Shown: piece after piece, positions 12,101-24,911 of the stretch | Layout: each line of letters opens with the position of its first letter | Numbering within the stretch: the stretch's first letter is position 1 | Source: Psammoneis japonica | Taxonomy: Eukaryota | Assembly (NCBI GenBank): GCA_008632985.1 | Contig: QPGO01000354.1 | Span: 1-44,468 of the forward strand | Reading direction: 5' to 3' | Length of the DNA: 44,468 bases | Notes under the pieces: generated by a model | Told to the model about the DNA's origin: nothing | What the model saw: only the letters and a program-made list of their open reading frames with translations | The model's database searches: none | Position numbers and translations under genes: made by a program

Positions 12101-13352
12101 TCCGCCATTTTCAGTGCGCCATCCGACACAAGGACTTGCGGTACGCCAACGTCATGTGTGAATGACATGACGGCATTTGGGTGGTCCTGTTTCCTCTTCC
12201 AAGGATAGAACCTATCATACCCTCTTCCGTTGGTAAATACGCTTCCTCCCATCTTGCCATGTATCGATTTAACCTTTGAAAACATCTGGTCAGAGTAGAA
12301 GCGTCCCTTGACAGCAGGGAACTTCAGCCAAGGGGCTTTCTTCTGGACTTTCCGTTCGGATGGTGTGTAGACACTAAGGACCCCTGCCTGGGTCGTCACT
12401 CTAAGGGTGTTCTTAGCGGCCGTCAGGCCAATGTTCCACCTTTTAGAAAGCATCTCGGGTGTGATGGTTGATGCACGACTCGAGGTCGACAGTGCATGCA
12501 CCCGTTTCCGCTCGGCACAATCCGGGTGGACATCTAGGTCATACCGGTCGTGTAGCCCATCTCCCTCAATGTCATTGTGGGAGACATTTACCTGAGCAAC
12601 CAGGCGGTGATACAGAGAATCGTCGTCATTAGCATCCATAATGACATTCTCGTCGTGACAGGACGTTTGATGTGAATGAATGGAAGCGACACACCTGGTC
12701 GCATTCATCATCGTCGACTGTCCGTCAGACTTTACTGATCCTTGGCGTACACTAGCACATGCACACGCTTCCTCCTTTTGCACCAGGTATCAGTAGAAGG
12801 CTCCCATCTCAGGGGTGATGTGAGTTCCAGCCGGGGGAGGTTCTCCAGATCCTCCTTTGTCGGCTCATGTGAATCAAAGACTGAAGCAACACCTCGTATG
12901 CGTAATGGTATCCTGATCTTCGAGTCAGGGAAAGAAACAGAGTGTGTGCTAGTCGGATCAAACTGGCGAGGGGTGTCGTGGACAGTCAGTCCATTTGCTC
13001 GCAGTTGGTTGGGGCACAGGAGGGTGCCAGTCATCTTGTCCCCGAAAAACATAGCCTCATGGACTAGCAGCAGGCATGGTTGTCCATCAGTTGGATCAAC
13101 CCACACAGTAGCAGCCGTGCAAATAGGAATGTTTTTCATTGGTGCATGCTCTTCGGAGTAAGGGTGTACCACGACAGTTCTGTCGACATCAGAGTACATT
13201 ATAAAATTGGACCCAACAGCACACGTGTCAGCATGCGAGTCCAAATCAGTGGTTGCTTCATCATCTGAATTTCCAGCAGATGACAAAGAGATGTGCATGT
13301 CCTTTAAAGAATCGCTTAGACAAATGTATAGTGCCAGCAGGTTTAGTGACAT
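9178..13352 (-). pseudogene. pol: pol (protease-integrase-RT-RNase H) of Copia family 2, disrupted
   Basis: ORFs 12732..13352 (PR), 11815..12783 (IN: FYSDQMF, LVSDGA, PYSPWQNPAE), 10032..11735 (RT), 9530..9886 and 9178..9543 (RH: ESSTFGSEF, LADILTK). Confidence 0.92.
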
Positions 13353-13386
13353 TCGGTTCTATACCTTTTAGTGCTGGCGCAACTAT

Positions 13387-14817
13387 TCATTCCTCCTTCT
13401 GAGGTTTCTTTTGTACGCTACGTCCGAACTGCGTGCCTGCATTGGCAGCAGGTTTGTCAGACTCTTCGGAGTCCTTTTGTTCATCAGTGGGTTGAGGATC
13501 AGGCTCGGCAACAGCCACTTTCTTAACAGCGCGAGTTTCGGTATCGACCGACTCAGCCTCTGAGGACGCAGCTGCAGCTTTGCGTTTCTTTTCGGCTTTC
13601 TTGGCATCGCGGAGCTTCTTAACTTGTGCTCTTGCTCAGGATTGTCAAGAGCATTCCACTCTTCAATGGGATGATGGCCTGCCCGGATCCTGGGCTTGTC
13701 CTTTTTAGGTTGGTGCTTTCCTCCAGGGTTTCCGTGCCGGTTGTTACAGCGTTGGATGGACGCGATTCCACGAGTGTCAGCATTGCGGTTCTTAGCATTT
13801 TCTACCAGAGTCTTCACACACTGCTGGCATGCTTCGAAATCCGCGAGCTTCGTTGGGTCGCCATCCACTGCACTCTTACCAGTTTCCAACCTAGGGTCGG
13901 AGATACCCTTTAGAAAGTCAGAGACCTTCTTGGTCTCGGCTACCGGTTTATCAAGCTCGGACAAGTCGTTGTGAGCTTTTTGATGGCGCTGAATGTACTG
14001 GTCGAAAGTGAATCGACCCCGTCCGGTGTACTTTGCAGTGGCAATCTGTGCACAAGCATGGTTCTTTCAGGTGGTGGCGGCAGCCGATCCTTCCGCCTGC
14101 CTCTCAAGTGCAAAGAAAGCAGTGCGACCATCGCGATTGCGATTGGAAGGTTTGACAAAAGCCCATCCGGGCCCCCCCTGTCACCAACTTCTTCAAGAGA
14201 TCATACAGGCGTTGCCTGTCCTGCGTGTGCTGAGCTCCTGCAAGTTGAGTAGTAGCAACAAGGTCCTCGTCACTGGCAGTGTGGGTAGCAGCCAACATTT
14301 TGGCGGTGATGTCTTCATGCTCCCTGATTAGGTAGATAAGGGGGCATGCCGGTAACGGTGCTGCGGTGGTGGCGTAGTTCGGTCTCCAGTAACTCTTGGA
14401 AGGTAGGCCAGTCATATAGAGTAGATTCTTGAGCTCCACGGCCGTCTTGGTAGCCGATTCGTCATCTGAGTCTGCTGACTTGAATTGTTCCAGTTCTGTG
14501 AGACGTGCCGTCCATGTTCCAATGACGTTGCCAGCGAAGAGAGCAGCGGTCGGCTCTTGGTTTTGGGCTCTGCGGTGGTCAATCCATGCGCGTAGTGCCT
14601 TGAACTTGCGATTCGCCAGGTATGGGAAGTGGACTTGAGGGTTGGCAGCGGCATCTACGCTTTTCATAATGCCCTCAGTCATGTCAGCAATTTCTGTCAA
14701 AGGGACCTGTTCCAAGTCCTCGATGGCAGCAAAGCCTTGACGGGCTATGTAGGTGTGCGTCTGCGCATTGTATCCACAATGCGTAAGACAAGCGGTAAAG
14801 GCTGCGGCAGCGGCCAT
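13387..14817 (-). pseudogene. gag: gag of Copia family 2, frameshifted
   Basis: ATG 14817; pieces 14104..14817 and 13383..13964 (KKVSDFLKGISDPRL); alternate-frame end NAGTQFGRSVQKKPQKEE* with TGA at ~13387-13389. Confidence 0.85.
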
Positions 14818-15349
14818 GGTGCATCAATAGTTATTCGCGTTTCGACGCGTGAGCATCCACTTGTGTGAGTGGAGAAAAGTGAGAAAAATGTGTGGTTCTC
14901 GTGCCGATTTGGCGGTTTCTACTTAGCGAACCCGCGAGCAGGCGGTGTTACTCCTAAGTAATAATTAGCAACGGACATGTATCCACATGTACAGTGTCTA
15001 AACAGTTTTGACAACGTATTTTGATAATCAAATGTATATGATCAAATAACAGACCTCAATACATAAATCATTATGTTATCTTTATCACGAATGTTTACAT
15101 GTCTTAGCCAACATATTCCATCCACGTGATCAAACATTCCGTCCACTAACATCATGTCTAACGGATCACAGCTCTGGTCTCCAAGAGCATGTTGTTCATA
15201 TCCATGAATATTGATATATATAAAGGACTCAGCGATTACACGAGCAACCATGGGACCAACATGGCGCTTACCGCAAAAATCGATCGATCGCAACGATACC
15301 GTCGTACCGTTCGTGATGCCCGTTCCAGGCGATGAACATCATAGCGTAT

Positions 15350-15363
15350 TGGCTCTGATAAAG
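15350..15363 (-). promoter_or_regulatory. primer-binding site resembling the initiator tRNA-Met complement
   Basis: Minus strand reads CTT-TATCAGAGCCA directly after the 5' LTR; canonical is TGG-TATCAGAGC. Confidence 0.75.
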
Positions 15364-15538
15364 TGAATAAATACTACCATGATAGCTAAGAATTGGGTGT
15401 AAGACAAGACAGAGTGTTGAACAGCATCAACAGGTTCTAGAATTGTGAGATGTTATGCTGCTGGGACCACTAAATAAGCGATAGAGGACCAATCGCCAAC
15501 AGTACATAAACTGCATATATTCGTGACATATTTATTCA
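15364..15538 (-). repeat. 5' LTR of Copia family 2 (175 bp)
   Basis: Direct repeat of 8843-9026. Confidence 0.95.
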
Positions 15539-15542
15539 GTTG

Positions 15543-15971
15543 GTTACATGAGGTGAAAGCTTCATTTTCGTGTTTTTACCTTCTGTGGTGTGTGTGCACA
15601 ATGATGAACTATGCTCGAAGAATGAGTATAAAAGAAAGTAGAACAAATCACGAAAAGTGGAAATCATGAGATTAGATTTTACACTGCGATTTTGGGATTC
15701 TCCGAAGGAGCTCTCAATGGCCTAAAGCCATTGCACTGCTCCTACAGAGCAAAGGCCTTTCGGAGAATGCAATCGTGACAACAGATTGTCTGGTTACGAT
15801 CAACATTGACATCTCATGTGTCAACATCGTCCATCGATCGTATTTGCAATTTTAGACTTCCAATCAATTCTGTGTGATCGACCTGACCATCATACGCATC
15901 CATGATTGTCATACAAATGACATGCATAACAACATTTAATTGTGAACATGCATCATTTTGTCTGCTTAACA
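15543..15971 (+). repeat. dispersed non-coding repeat, copy 1 of 3 (solo-LTR-like)
   Basis: Core GAAAAGTGGAAAT.ATGAGATTAGATTTTAC...CAAAGGCCTT...ACAGATTGTCTGG shared with 40901-41333 and, inverted, 39391-39690. Confidence 0.8.
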
Positions 15972-16534
15972 ATGCATGCTGCACAGCTGCATCAAATGTG
16001 TGGTTCTGAAGATGCACGGTTGGGACACACCTTCTGCTAAGGAGAATGAGACACTGATTTCAAGGTGGTTGCACCAATGCCATGCATGCCTAAATTGTTT
16101 GCCACTGCTGGTCCTGCCAAAGGCACAGATGAGTGTGATGACTCTACAAAAAGCAGCACTCAGTTTCCCCTTGCCATTCTCTTCTTGGTAAAATGACATT
16201 TGCTTGTCGATGTTGCAGACTTGACATCAAATGCTCGGTCACCATGTCAGGATTTGTTGCTCATCATCATTGAAACATGTTGCAAAGCATGATGTGCATA
16301 TGACACCAAGGGTTCTTGGGATCTGACCCACAAGAAAGCAACTGGTAATCCCTGGGATTCTCAAAGCATTCTTTTGAACAGTTAGATGATCTGCCACCAC
16401 CTTGCTTCCTTTGGGCCACTGATCTTTCTCAACTTCTTGCATGCATTGATGCAGCACACACATGCCATCAGTGACCTTCACCACCATCAACCTGCTGTCA
16501 AAATCAAACGATCACTTTGGTGTCATGTGAGATG

Positions 16535-16779
16535 TGACAGGATTTGAACAAGATTTTAGTTTATCACACATAATTATGTGTGCTCTTAGTTCCGCGCGCG
16601 TCGCGTGATGTAGTTTGCTTTCGAGCCACACGGCTCACAAGAATAATAACATTAGCACTGACATCACGACACCAGTCTTTCAGCTCCTGTAACGGTCTCT
16701 GCATGGAGACTCATCTGCCATTTAGACAGCAGTAAAGAGTAATTGTTTTCTTCCACCCAGTCATCTTCATTTTCTGTCA
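16535..16779 (+). repeat. LTR sequence of Copia family 1, probably the 5' LTR of copy B
   Basis: Matches 8554-8797; removing the LINE puts it directly upstream of the copy B leader. Confidence 0.8.
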
Positions 16780-17042
16780 GATTAACAGTCTTGCTCTTTA
16801 TTGTCCATTGAGCGTTCATCATCGTCATCGAGAAATTTTCAACGACGTGCACCGTTGGTGGTGGAAGTATATATCTACCTCCTTCACTGCTGGATGCTGG
16901 ATTAAATCTACACGTTTGGATTTGTCCAATGCCTCCCATCGTTGGATATATTTATTCAACGGATGTGCAATTCTGCACGCATTCCAATTGAAAGTACCTA
17001 CGTGTTTTCAATACCAGGTTCCCCGTAGAACAGCCAACCACC

Positions 17043-18809
17043 ATGGCGTCTTCTTCCGTCGCTGATGGTAGCCACACCCCTTCCCGTCGTCATGACACGA
17101 CTATGGCCGATGACATTACTGTCGACCAATCATCCATCAAGCCTTCTTCCAAACCGACAGAGCATCAGTTTGAGGAAATTACCCTTCGTTTCGATGTCAG
17201 TGGCCCAGAAGCATCGTGCAAGCCGATGACTCTTGTTGCCGCTCATTTGCAGGTTCTTCAACAAATTCTCTTCACCCACTACAAGGACGTGAAGATCATG
17301 GACAATAATAACAACCAAATTACCCACGTCAACGTTGCCGAATGGGTTTCTTCTCTTCAACACGAAAGATGCTTTGTTATTTCAATGACTTGCAAAGGTG
17401 AAAAACGTCCTGTGACTCACCGCTCATGCCACCGGATCCTTGCGAAAATTCCTCTTAATGACATTTGCTCTCATCCTCACGTCCAGAGTATTTTGGATTC
17501 TAACAATGTGGGTATGAAACGTCATTATTGGAATGAATCAGATGTCGAAACGGCCTCCCCAGCACACTACATTGCCACCGCAACTAAACATGCTCCAGTC
17601 GACGAAGCTACAAAAATGTTCCTCCATGATCTTGGGAAATACCAGACAAAAATGCCAAAGTTCAGGTTGGTGCCCACCTCTGTTCGTGCCGATAACAAAG
17701 GTCTCGCTCCTCCCCTACGTGCTGCTGCCTTCGCTGTTGAGGTGTTAATGGAAGACTGTTGCTCAGCCGGGAAGGCCTTGCTTTATGTGTCCAAAAAGTT
17801 CCCGACACAAATTGTTATGGCCAAGACCCGGTGCATCTCCCCCCTCGCCTTTTACAACGCGGTCAAAATCCAAGCTCATCGGAATGAAGATACTTTCGTC
17901 GTTCCACTGCTGAACGCCACTCTGGACATTATGTTCTATTTTGAGAATCAGCTCAAGGCATTAAAAGACATGAAAGCAATCTTCCCATCAAGCACCATTG
18001 CCGGCCGCTACAACATCCTTGTCAACCGTCTCAAGTTCAAGTCTGCTAGGGATGCCATTTCTACGTGCGCAATGAACCTCATCCCAACAATTTCGAAAGA
18101 AGCCTGTCCCACCCCACTCTTTAGGGATCCTCCTCAAGTCTCCGGCATGATGGAAGAGATGTCGGACAGCAGCAAGTCTGTTGCATCAGCTAGCATCCAC
18201 AGTTTAGAGTCTCTTACCTTTTCTGACATTTCGCCTTTGACAGACAACAACGCTTCAGGAAATCATCAACAACCACCACCGTTAAAATTGGCGGGCCACA
18301 GTTATGATGGCAGAGGCCGAGGTTTCCCCGGCCGTGGTGCTCAACAAGGCTCAGCTGTTCCTCCCCACATCTGCACCCAGTGCTCCCAGACCTCGCCCTT
18401 GCTGCCCGGATGTTCCAGTCACCCCGGCATGATTTCTCCTCCGTGCTCACATGCACAGGCCACACAGTCCACCACCAGTTCCATTACCTCCATGCAGCTG
18501 GCAGACGTCCAACGCAACATGTCTCAGATGCAAGAGAAAACCAAGAGAGCTTTGGAGGATTTACGTTCTCAACACTCACGAGATGTGGAGGCGATTGACA
18601 ACACATTCCCGCAACAACACGCGCAGGACATCGCAGCATTACAGGCTCAGTACTCTCAACAACTTGCGGGTATGCAGGACCAGATGAATCAGATAGTCCA
18701 CCTGCTCCAAGCAAATCATCCAACCCAAACATCTGCAAGGAAACGTCCAAATCACATGGAAACACCAGATCGCTCGGCTGATTCACGTGACAAGGAGAAG
18801 GATTTTTAG
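17043..18809 (+). CDS. LINE ORF1 protein (588 aa, C-terminal Q-rich coiled coil)
   Basis: Open ORF 76 bp inside the 5' TSD and directly upstream of ORF2. Confidence 0.8.
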   Translation: MASSSVADGSHTPSRRHDTTMADDITVDQSSIKPSSKPTEHQFEEITLRFDVSGPEASCKPMTLVAAHLQVLQQILFTHYKDVKIMDNNNNQITHVNVAEWVSSLQHERCFVISMTCKGEKRPVTHRSCHRILAKIPLNDICSHPHVQSILDSNNVGMKRHYWNESDVETASPAHYIATATKHAPVDEATKMFLHDLGKYQTKMPKFRLVPTSVRADNKGLAPPLRAAAFAVEVLMEDCCSAGKALLYVSKKFPTQIVMAKTRCISPLAFYNAVKIQAHRNEDTFVVPLLNATLDIMFYFENQLKALKDMKAIFPSSTIAGRYNILVNRLKFKSARDAISTCAMNLIPTISKEACPTPLFRDPPQVSGMMEEMSDSSKSVASASIHSLESLTFSDISPLTDNNASGNHQQPPPLKLAGHSYDGRGRGFPGRGAQQGSAVPPHICTQCSQTSPLLPGCSSHPGMISPPCSHAQATQSTTSSITSMQLADVQRNMSQMQEKTKRALEDLRSQHSRDVEAIDNTFPQQHAQDIAALQAQYSQQLAGMQDQMNQIVHLLQANHPTQTSARKRPNHMETPDRSADSRDKEKDF

Positions 18810-18881
18810 ACAGGGGTTGGACTTCGCCGCCTCCACCCCCTCAAACAATCAGGCATCCACCTGACATCTCATCTCCTACAA

Positions 18882-21800
18882 ATGAGTCCCTCACCATCTC
18901 CCATTTATTCCGCCGCACCGCCAAGCACCGCAAATTCTCCTACAACACTGCATCACCTGATAGTCAGAGCTCTAAGCCCCAGTCTTCTCCTCGGAGGAGC
19001 ATGGCCCAACATGAGCAGTGACTCCATTAGTGCATCCTATATCAACAAATGGCAATCACTCTTGAATGGCACCAGTAATGGTGCGTCAAGCACCCGAAGC
19101 ATTGACTTTTCTTGGCTAACATCCAATGATCCTGTTGGTGATGATCTCCATCCTAAGTTACCCCATCATACTCGTCTGTACGCATTCAACGCTAACAGTT
19201 GTAAATTAGACAAAAGAGGCGGTGACATCCATGAGCATTGTCAAATAGCGAAAGAGATCCAAGCAGACGTCGTGGGCATTTCGGAAGTCTGTCTAGACAC
19301 TGCGCAGTATGACATTCTGTCAGTGTGTCGATCTGCCGTTTACAATGCAATTTCCAATGGACGTGGCACCTTCTCATGCAGCTCAACCCCCTTCACCACT
19401 CAGTACAAACCTGGTGGTACGGCCCTCTTGTCGGGGAACTCCATCTCGGCACGATGCCGCAGCCAAGAATCAGACCCATTGGGCCGTTGGTCTATTCAGA
19501 TATTTGACGGACGCAACGGTAAGCAAGTCATGTTCATTTCGTGCTACAGAGTTTGTGCGAAAAATCAAAGGACCCCTGGAAAGACTACGGCTTATGCACA
19601 ACAAGCAGCCCTTTTACGACAAAACGGCAGACAGTCTATTGACCCCAGGAAGGCCTTTTGTACGGAATTATCTTGTCACCTACAAGAGTTCTTGGTCGAC
19701 TCCAATCGTGAAGTCATCATTTGCGGAGATTTCAACACCGATTTCTCGATTGACACGGACACACTCGCCTCCCTCGCCCAGCGTTTTACCCTTTCAGATG
19801 TGTTATATAATTTGATGGGCAGCAATGAATTTTCCACATACACGCGAGGACGGAAACGCCTGGACTTCGTGCTTGCTACCCCCGGTGCTTTGTCTGCTGC
19901 TAGGTTCGGCGGATATGAAGCATTCGGTTGTCGTATTACGCCAGACCATCGTGCTTATTTCATGGACTTTGACATGTTGGCCTTGTTTGGGAATCCTACC
20001 GTTGACTTACCCAAGGCCAGCTGCAGGGACATCCAGTCTTCGTCTCAACCCCAAGTGACGACCTGCTTGGACGCCATCGGACCGATGTTAGCCAGCAGAC
20101 AAATGTTGGCTCGCTCACAGGCGCCACTTGATCAAGCCGTCCCCGATCATGAACTAGCAGAAAGGTTAGATCGAGACATGTTGCAGTTCTCTTTGGCTGC
20201 TGCAAAGAAGTGTCGGATCCACAGAGAACCAGAGTGGTCGGCAGAATTGTCACAACTGCGGCATCGGGTGCACATTCTTAGCCGAGTGGTCTCAATGATG
20301 CGCACTCGCCTGGATCAAGTTAGCCATATCCGTACTATCTGAGACAAGCTACAAGGTTCCTTTATCATCCCAGACACCCTGGAGGACTGTCTGCGTGAGC
20401 TCCGCGCCGCCCAAGCTGAATGTAGACTAGTTGCTGCTGATAGCGTCGTACACCGCGAAAATGAAATGGCCAAGAAGATTGCTTCACTCGAATTGGACGG
20501 CACCAAGGAGTCCAAACGCAAAGCGAAGATTATCAGGAATGTCCGCAAGGCCGAAGAAACCAAGAAACTTTTCCGTAAGATTGAACACTGCAAATTGGAT
20601 AGTGACAACGGCGTCAACAGCGTGCAGGTGCCCCGGAATCCTGCAGTGAATCCAAAAGAGTGTGAGGACTGGGTTACCATCGATGCCCCAGACGATGTGG
20701 CCTCAGCCATCTGCCACCGTAACCAACACAATTTCGGTCAAGCACACGGTACTCCACCTACCATTCCTCCACTGTCCGTCAACCTCGGTTACGAGGCAGA
20801 CACGATTTTCGCTGACCTCATCTTAGACGGTGAATATGACACCACCCAACTCAATGAGGCTACATCTCGTTTTATTCAGCACCTCGAATGTCGTTCCCCT
20901 GTTGCCGTCTCCTCTTACCTCACGGCAAATGATTTGGAGGGTAAGTTGAAGTCATGGAAGGAAACCACCTCTACGTCCATCAAGTCGGGATTGCTCCTCG
21001 GTCACTGGAAGGCCATGTATGCTTCCCACGCTCATTCACGTGCCAAGACAAAGGACGGAGATCCGACGGATGCCTGCATCTGCCTAGATAATGTGCAGCA
21101 GACCTTGACACAAATCCAGCCTAATTTGCTCAATTGTGCCTTGCGCTGGGGATATTCCCATGACCGATGGAGGGACATTGTGAACGTGATGATATTCAAG
21201 GAAGCAGGTAACAACAAGAATCACCGTTTGCACGTTATTCATGTCTACCAGGCAGATTTCCAACTGATCTTAAGTGTCCTGTGGCGTTCGTTGGCTCAGA
21301 ACATGGAGCATCACAAATTGTACAACCCAGGTATTTATGGTGCGCGTCCTTTCCTGCATGCTAACGTCCCAGTATATTTGGAAGAATTGATGTTGGAAAT
21401 CAGCAGGGTGTATCGGAAAATGGCCATCCACAGCAACAGCGACTGTACCTCCTGTCACGACAGGAACATTCCTGCTCTAGCAGCGCTCGAAAGTCGAAGC
21501 AACGGCATGCCCAAAACAGAGACAAAGTCAGCTGCATCTGCCCTCCTACAAGCTCGGTACTGGCTGAAAACAGCCATCGGGTTGTCTCCTACCTCTTACT
21601 CCCACTCTTTGGATTTTCCCATCTACGGCACAGGACAAGGCAGTGGAAACTCTCCACTGTGCTGGAACCAGGTGTGTAACAGTTTGTTTAATCTCTTTGA
21701 CCAAAAAGCTCACGGAGCTTTCTTTGAGTCTCCTGATCACTCCGTATCACTCAAGATCTACAACCGAGGATACGTGGATGACACGTCCAAGCAGGTGAAT

Positions 21801-24800
21801 GACTTCACGGCATCCCCCCAGCCTGATGGCCTGGAATTGGCATTCAAAATGCAGCAAGACGATCAACTTTGGTGCAACCTATGGAACGCAGCAGGACACG
21901 AGCTGGAACTCCCGAAGTGCTCCTTTCATGTCATTGAATGGAACTTTACGGAGGATGGCGAGCCTTACCTTCACGCATACAACGATGAAATCGTAATTGA
22001 CATTTCCTCCGCAGATCGGTCTGACAGCAGGCCCAGCACACAACTATCGCCTTACTCCTCCCACAAGACTTTGGGCCACTATAAAGCTCTGGCTGGAACG
22101 CAAAAGATGCACCACAAGGCCTTAAAGAAGAAGAGTGACGATGCAGCATTGTTTCTTCGATCATGCCTGTTAGATCGGCATGAAGCATGGACCCATTACT
22201 TCACGTGCTACCTGGCAGCAATGACATGCACCCTCCCGAACACCCATTTTCTCCCGAAGGAACTGTTGGAGATCCAGAGGAAAGCCATGCGTACGATCTT
22301 TGCGAAATGTGGATATAATCGCAACACGAAACGAGATGTCCTATTCGGCCCATATTCCCTTGGAGGTGGCGGTTTCCAGTCCTTGGATGTCGAACAAGGA
22401 GTCAGCCAAGTCATGCAGTTCTTGTCTCACTGGAGAGGTGTCGGCCAGCCACATGCCCTTTCACAGATCGCAGCATCTTGGATTCAGTTCCATCTGGGTA
22501 CAGGTGTCAGCTTTTTGAAGGATGTGCACTCCCGCCTACCACATTCTGAGTCGAAATGGTTCAGTTCACTTAGATCCTTCCTTTCTCGCATCAATGCTTG
22601 CTTCGACCTGGATGAACCTGGAGTCCTTCCGCTTCAACGAGATAATGATCAATGTCCCATGGACATAGCACTCGATTCGGGAATTTTCTCTGACGAAGAG
22701 GTCAGGTGGGTCAACTGTTGTTGCTTGTTCCTCAATGTCCTCACAGTTTCGGACATCACCTCACCCGACGGCAGAGCACTTGACAAGCACAAGTTCCAAG
22801 GACACACCTCAGTTCTCAGTAGCATTTCGACATTGAACCAAGTCGAACAGGCAGCCCCATCTGCTCGAGCATGGAAACAATGGCAACGTGCCTGCAGGTT
22901 GTTATGCAAGAATGATGATTTAGAACTTCGAGGTCCCCTTGGTTCTTGGGCAATTCCAGCAACGGAGATGCGCATGACCATTCCAGCGTGCCATGAACCC
23001 AAAGAAGACTATTTGTATGTACAGTCAGACTCGGGGTTCCAGGTTTTCCCCATGTCTCATGGCTCCGCCCAATCTATCGACCCTCTCAAGGTTGTACCCG
23101 ATTTGTCTCCAAGGGCTTCTCCAGCGATGGTAGATGCTACCAAGGATGGCAGGTGGTGCATTGGACACACTGGATCTTCATTTGACCTACCTCCCACCAC
23201 ACCAGTTCCTTCGGACTTTCAAGCTTGGTTGTCATCATTGCCGCAATGGGAATCATTCCTCTTCGCCAACGTTCATATGCACGCATCCGTCTTCGAGATT
23301 GCACACTGCTTGCAGATGTGCCGGTCAACAGCGGGCAGCGATGGGTCGGTCATCGGACAGGCAGCAATTTTCGGCTGGACTCTCACCATCGATGGTACGG
23401 CACTGGTAGACTGCACTGGTCCAGTGTTCGGTTTTCGCCCAACTTCTCACAGAGCAGAAGCATGCAGAGTACTGTCATATCTGAGATTCTTAATTCGGGT
23501 GATGGAATGTTGTTTTACAAGCTGTCCTCTGGGAAGCGACTTATGCTGCGATAACTCGGCTATCGTCCACCGTGTATCGAAGTTCGAGACACCGCTGTCA
23601 AGCTCCCCTGTTCAGGATTCAGACTCCGTGCTGCTCGACTTTCACCGCAGAAGTCACACAGCAAACACCATATCCGCTGATTGGGATGTTATTACCGAAA
23701 TCTACTCGTCAATGGAAACGATGTCTACATCATCTACTGAGAACACTCCATGCACTTCCGTCACTGTTCAGTGGATCAAAGTACACCAAGATTCTAATGC
23801 TCCATATGAGACACTTTCTCTACCTGCTAAAGTGAATGTCTGCGCAGACAGGATCGCCGGACAATGCCACGGAAAGTTCCAGAGCGATACCCCACTCGCG
23901 CCGTGAATGCCTCATTGTTCCGCAAACCCAGTCTTGAACAATTCCACAGTGGGATCTAAGTTTAAGCAGGTGATGCGATACGAAGCGTCTCGCCCGGCAC
24001 TTGTTCAGCACATGAAAGAGAAATACTCATGGACAGATGAAGTATTTCAGTCTATAGATTGGGCGTCTCACTCCAAACTCATGTCGAGGAACATCAGATG
24101 AAAGGTTAGTGCGGTCAAATTGGTTCAAGATTTACTTCCTACCAAGAAGATAGCGCATCGGTACAACCCAAATCGCCCAGATGCTTGTGTACATTGCTCA
24201 CACCCAATGGAGGATCGTGACCGCATTTTAAAATGTCCTCATAACGAATCATGGCGACGCACTTTCCTTCAGGGCTCACGTAAGAAATGCGACGACATCT
24301 ACACGCCCCCTCCGTTGCGAGATCTTCTCTTGGAAGCCCTCGAAGCTTGGTTTCACGATCAAACGGTATTTCCGGAGGACTTGCACCACAGTGTTATTTC
24401 GGTGTTCTATTCCCAAGATCTGACAGGATGGAGGCACCTGTTTAACGGCAGATTTGCCGTCCAATGGAATGCAGCACACGCTTTGCACCTCAGGAACACA
24501 GTACTTCCTTCTGATGTGGAGGAGAACATCCGGAGATTGGATTGGTCTGCTACCATGGGAAGCTTCATTTGGTCCCAATGGTGGGAACTATGGGATCAAC
24601 ACAATGATGCAGTACATGGTCACGATGCTGAGACAAGGAAGTCAGCCCAACGGAGAGATGCAGAGGCGGAAGTCAAGGTAATTTATTCCCGTTCAAGTGA
24701 ATGTCTTGTAAAGGACAGGTCCGCTTTGTTTGACTCGGTGGAAGAACACTTAACTCATTCAACTCGCAGATTGCGAAATTGATTGGAAATGGTGAGACCC

Positions 24801-24911
24801 ATGTTTAAATCCAGCACCAAGGAGGCGAAACGGCTCGCAGTGAGGGGCACTCATACTGTCGCTAGTTATTTCGGTGCGGCATCACCCGAGGGTGATGCCG
24901 GCACAGGCTGA
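18882..24911 (+). pseudogene. LINE ORF2 (AP endonuclease, RT, RNase H, CCHC-like finger) with four in-frame stops
   Basis: One frame throughout: GISEVCLD, IICGDFN, RLDFVL, PDHRAYF (APE); GTGQGSGNSP, GYVDDT, LELPKC, KTLG (RT); GSDGSV, SHRAEA, CDNS, WIKVHQD (RH); CVHC. Premature TGA at 20340, 23904, 24099 and 24780; natural end ~24911. Confidence 0.92.

Larger units (their letters stand above)
8843..15538 (-). mobile_element. Full-length decayed Ty1/Copia (CoDi-type family 2)
   Basis: Paired LTRs TGAATAAAT...ATTTATTCA, PBS-like site, PPT (AAGGGGAC on minus next to 9027), order gag-PR(DLDSHADTC)-IN-RT(SADVQNAYL, YMDD)-RH(NLADILTK); GTTG on both flanks. Confidence 0.95.

Noticed and set aside
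20340..24782. TGA recoding or an alternative genetic code in LINE ORF2
   Set aside because: The stops are explained by single transitions from CGA/TGG in a copy with many other damaging substitutions; the host gene uses TGA as stop.
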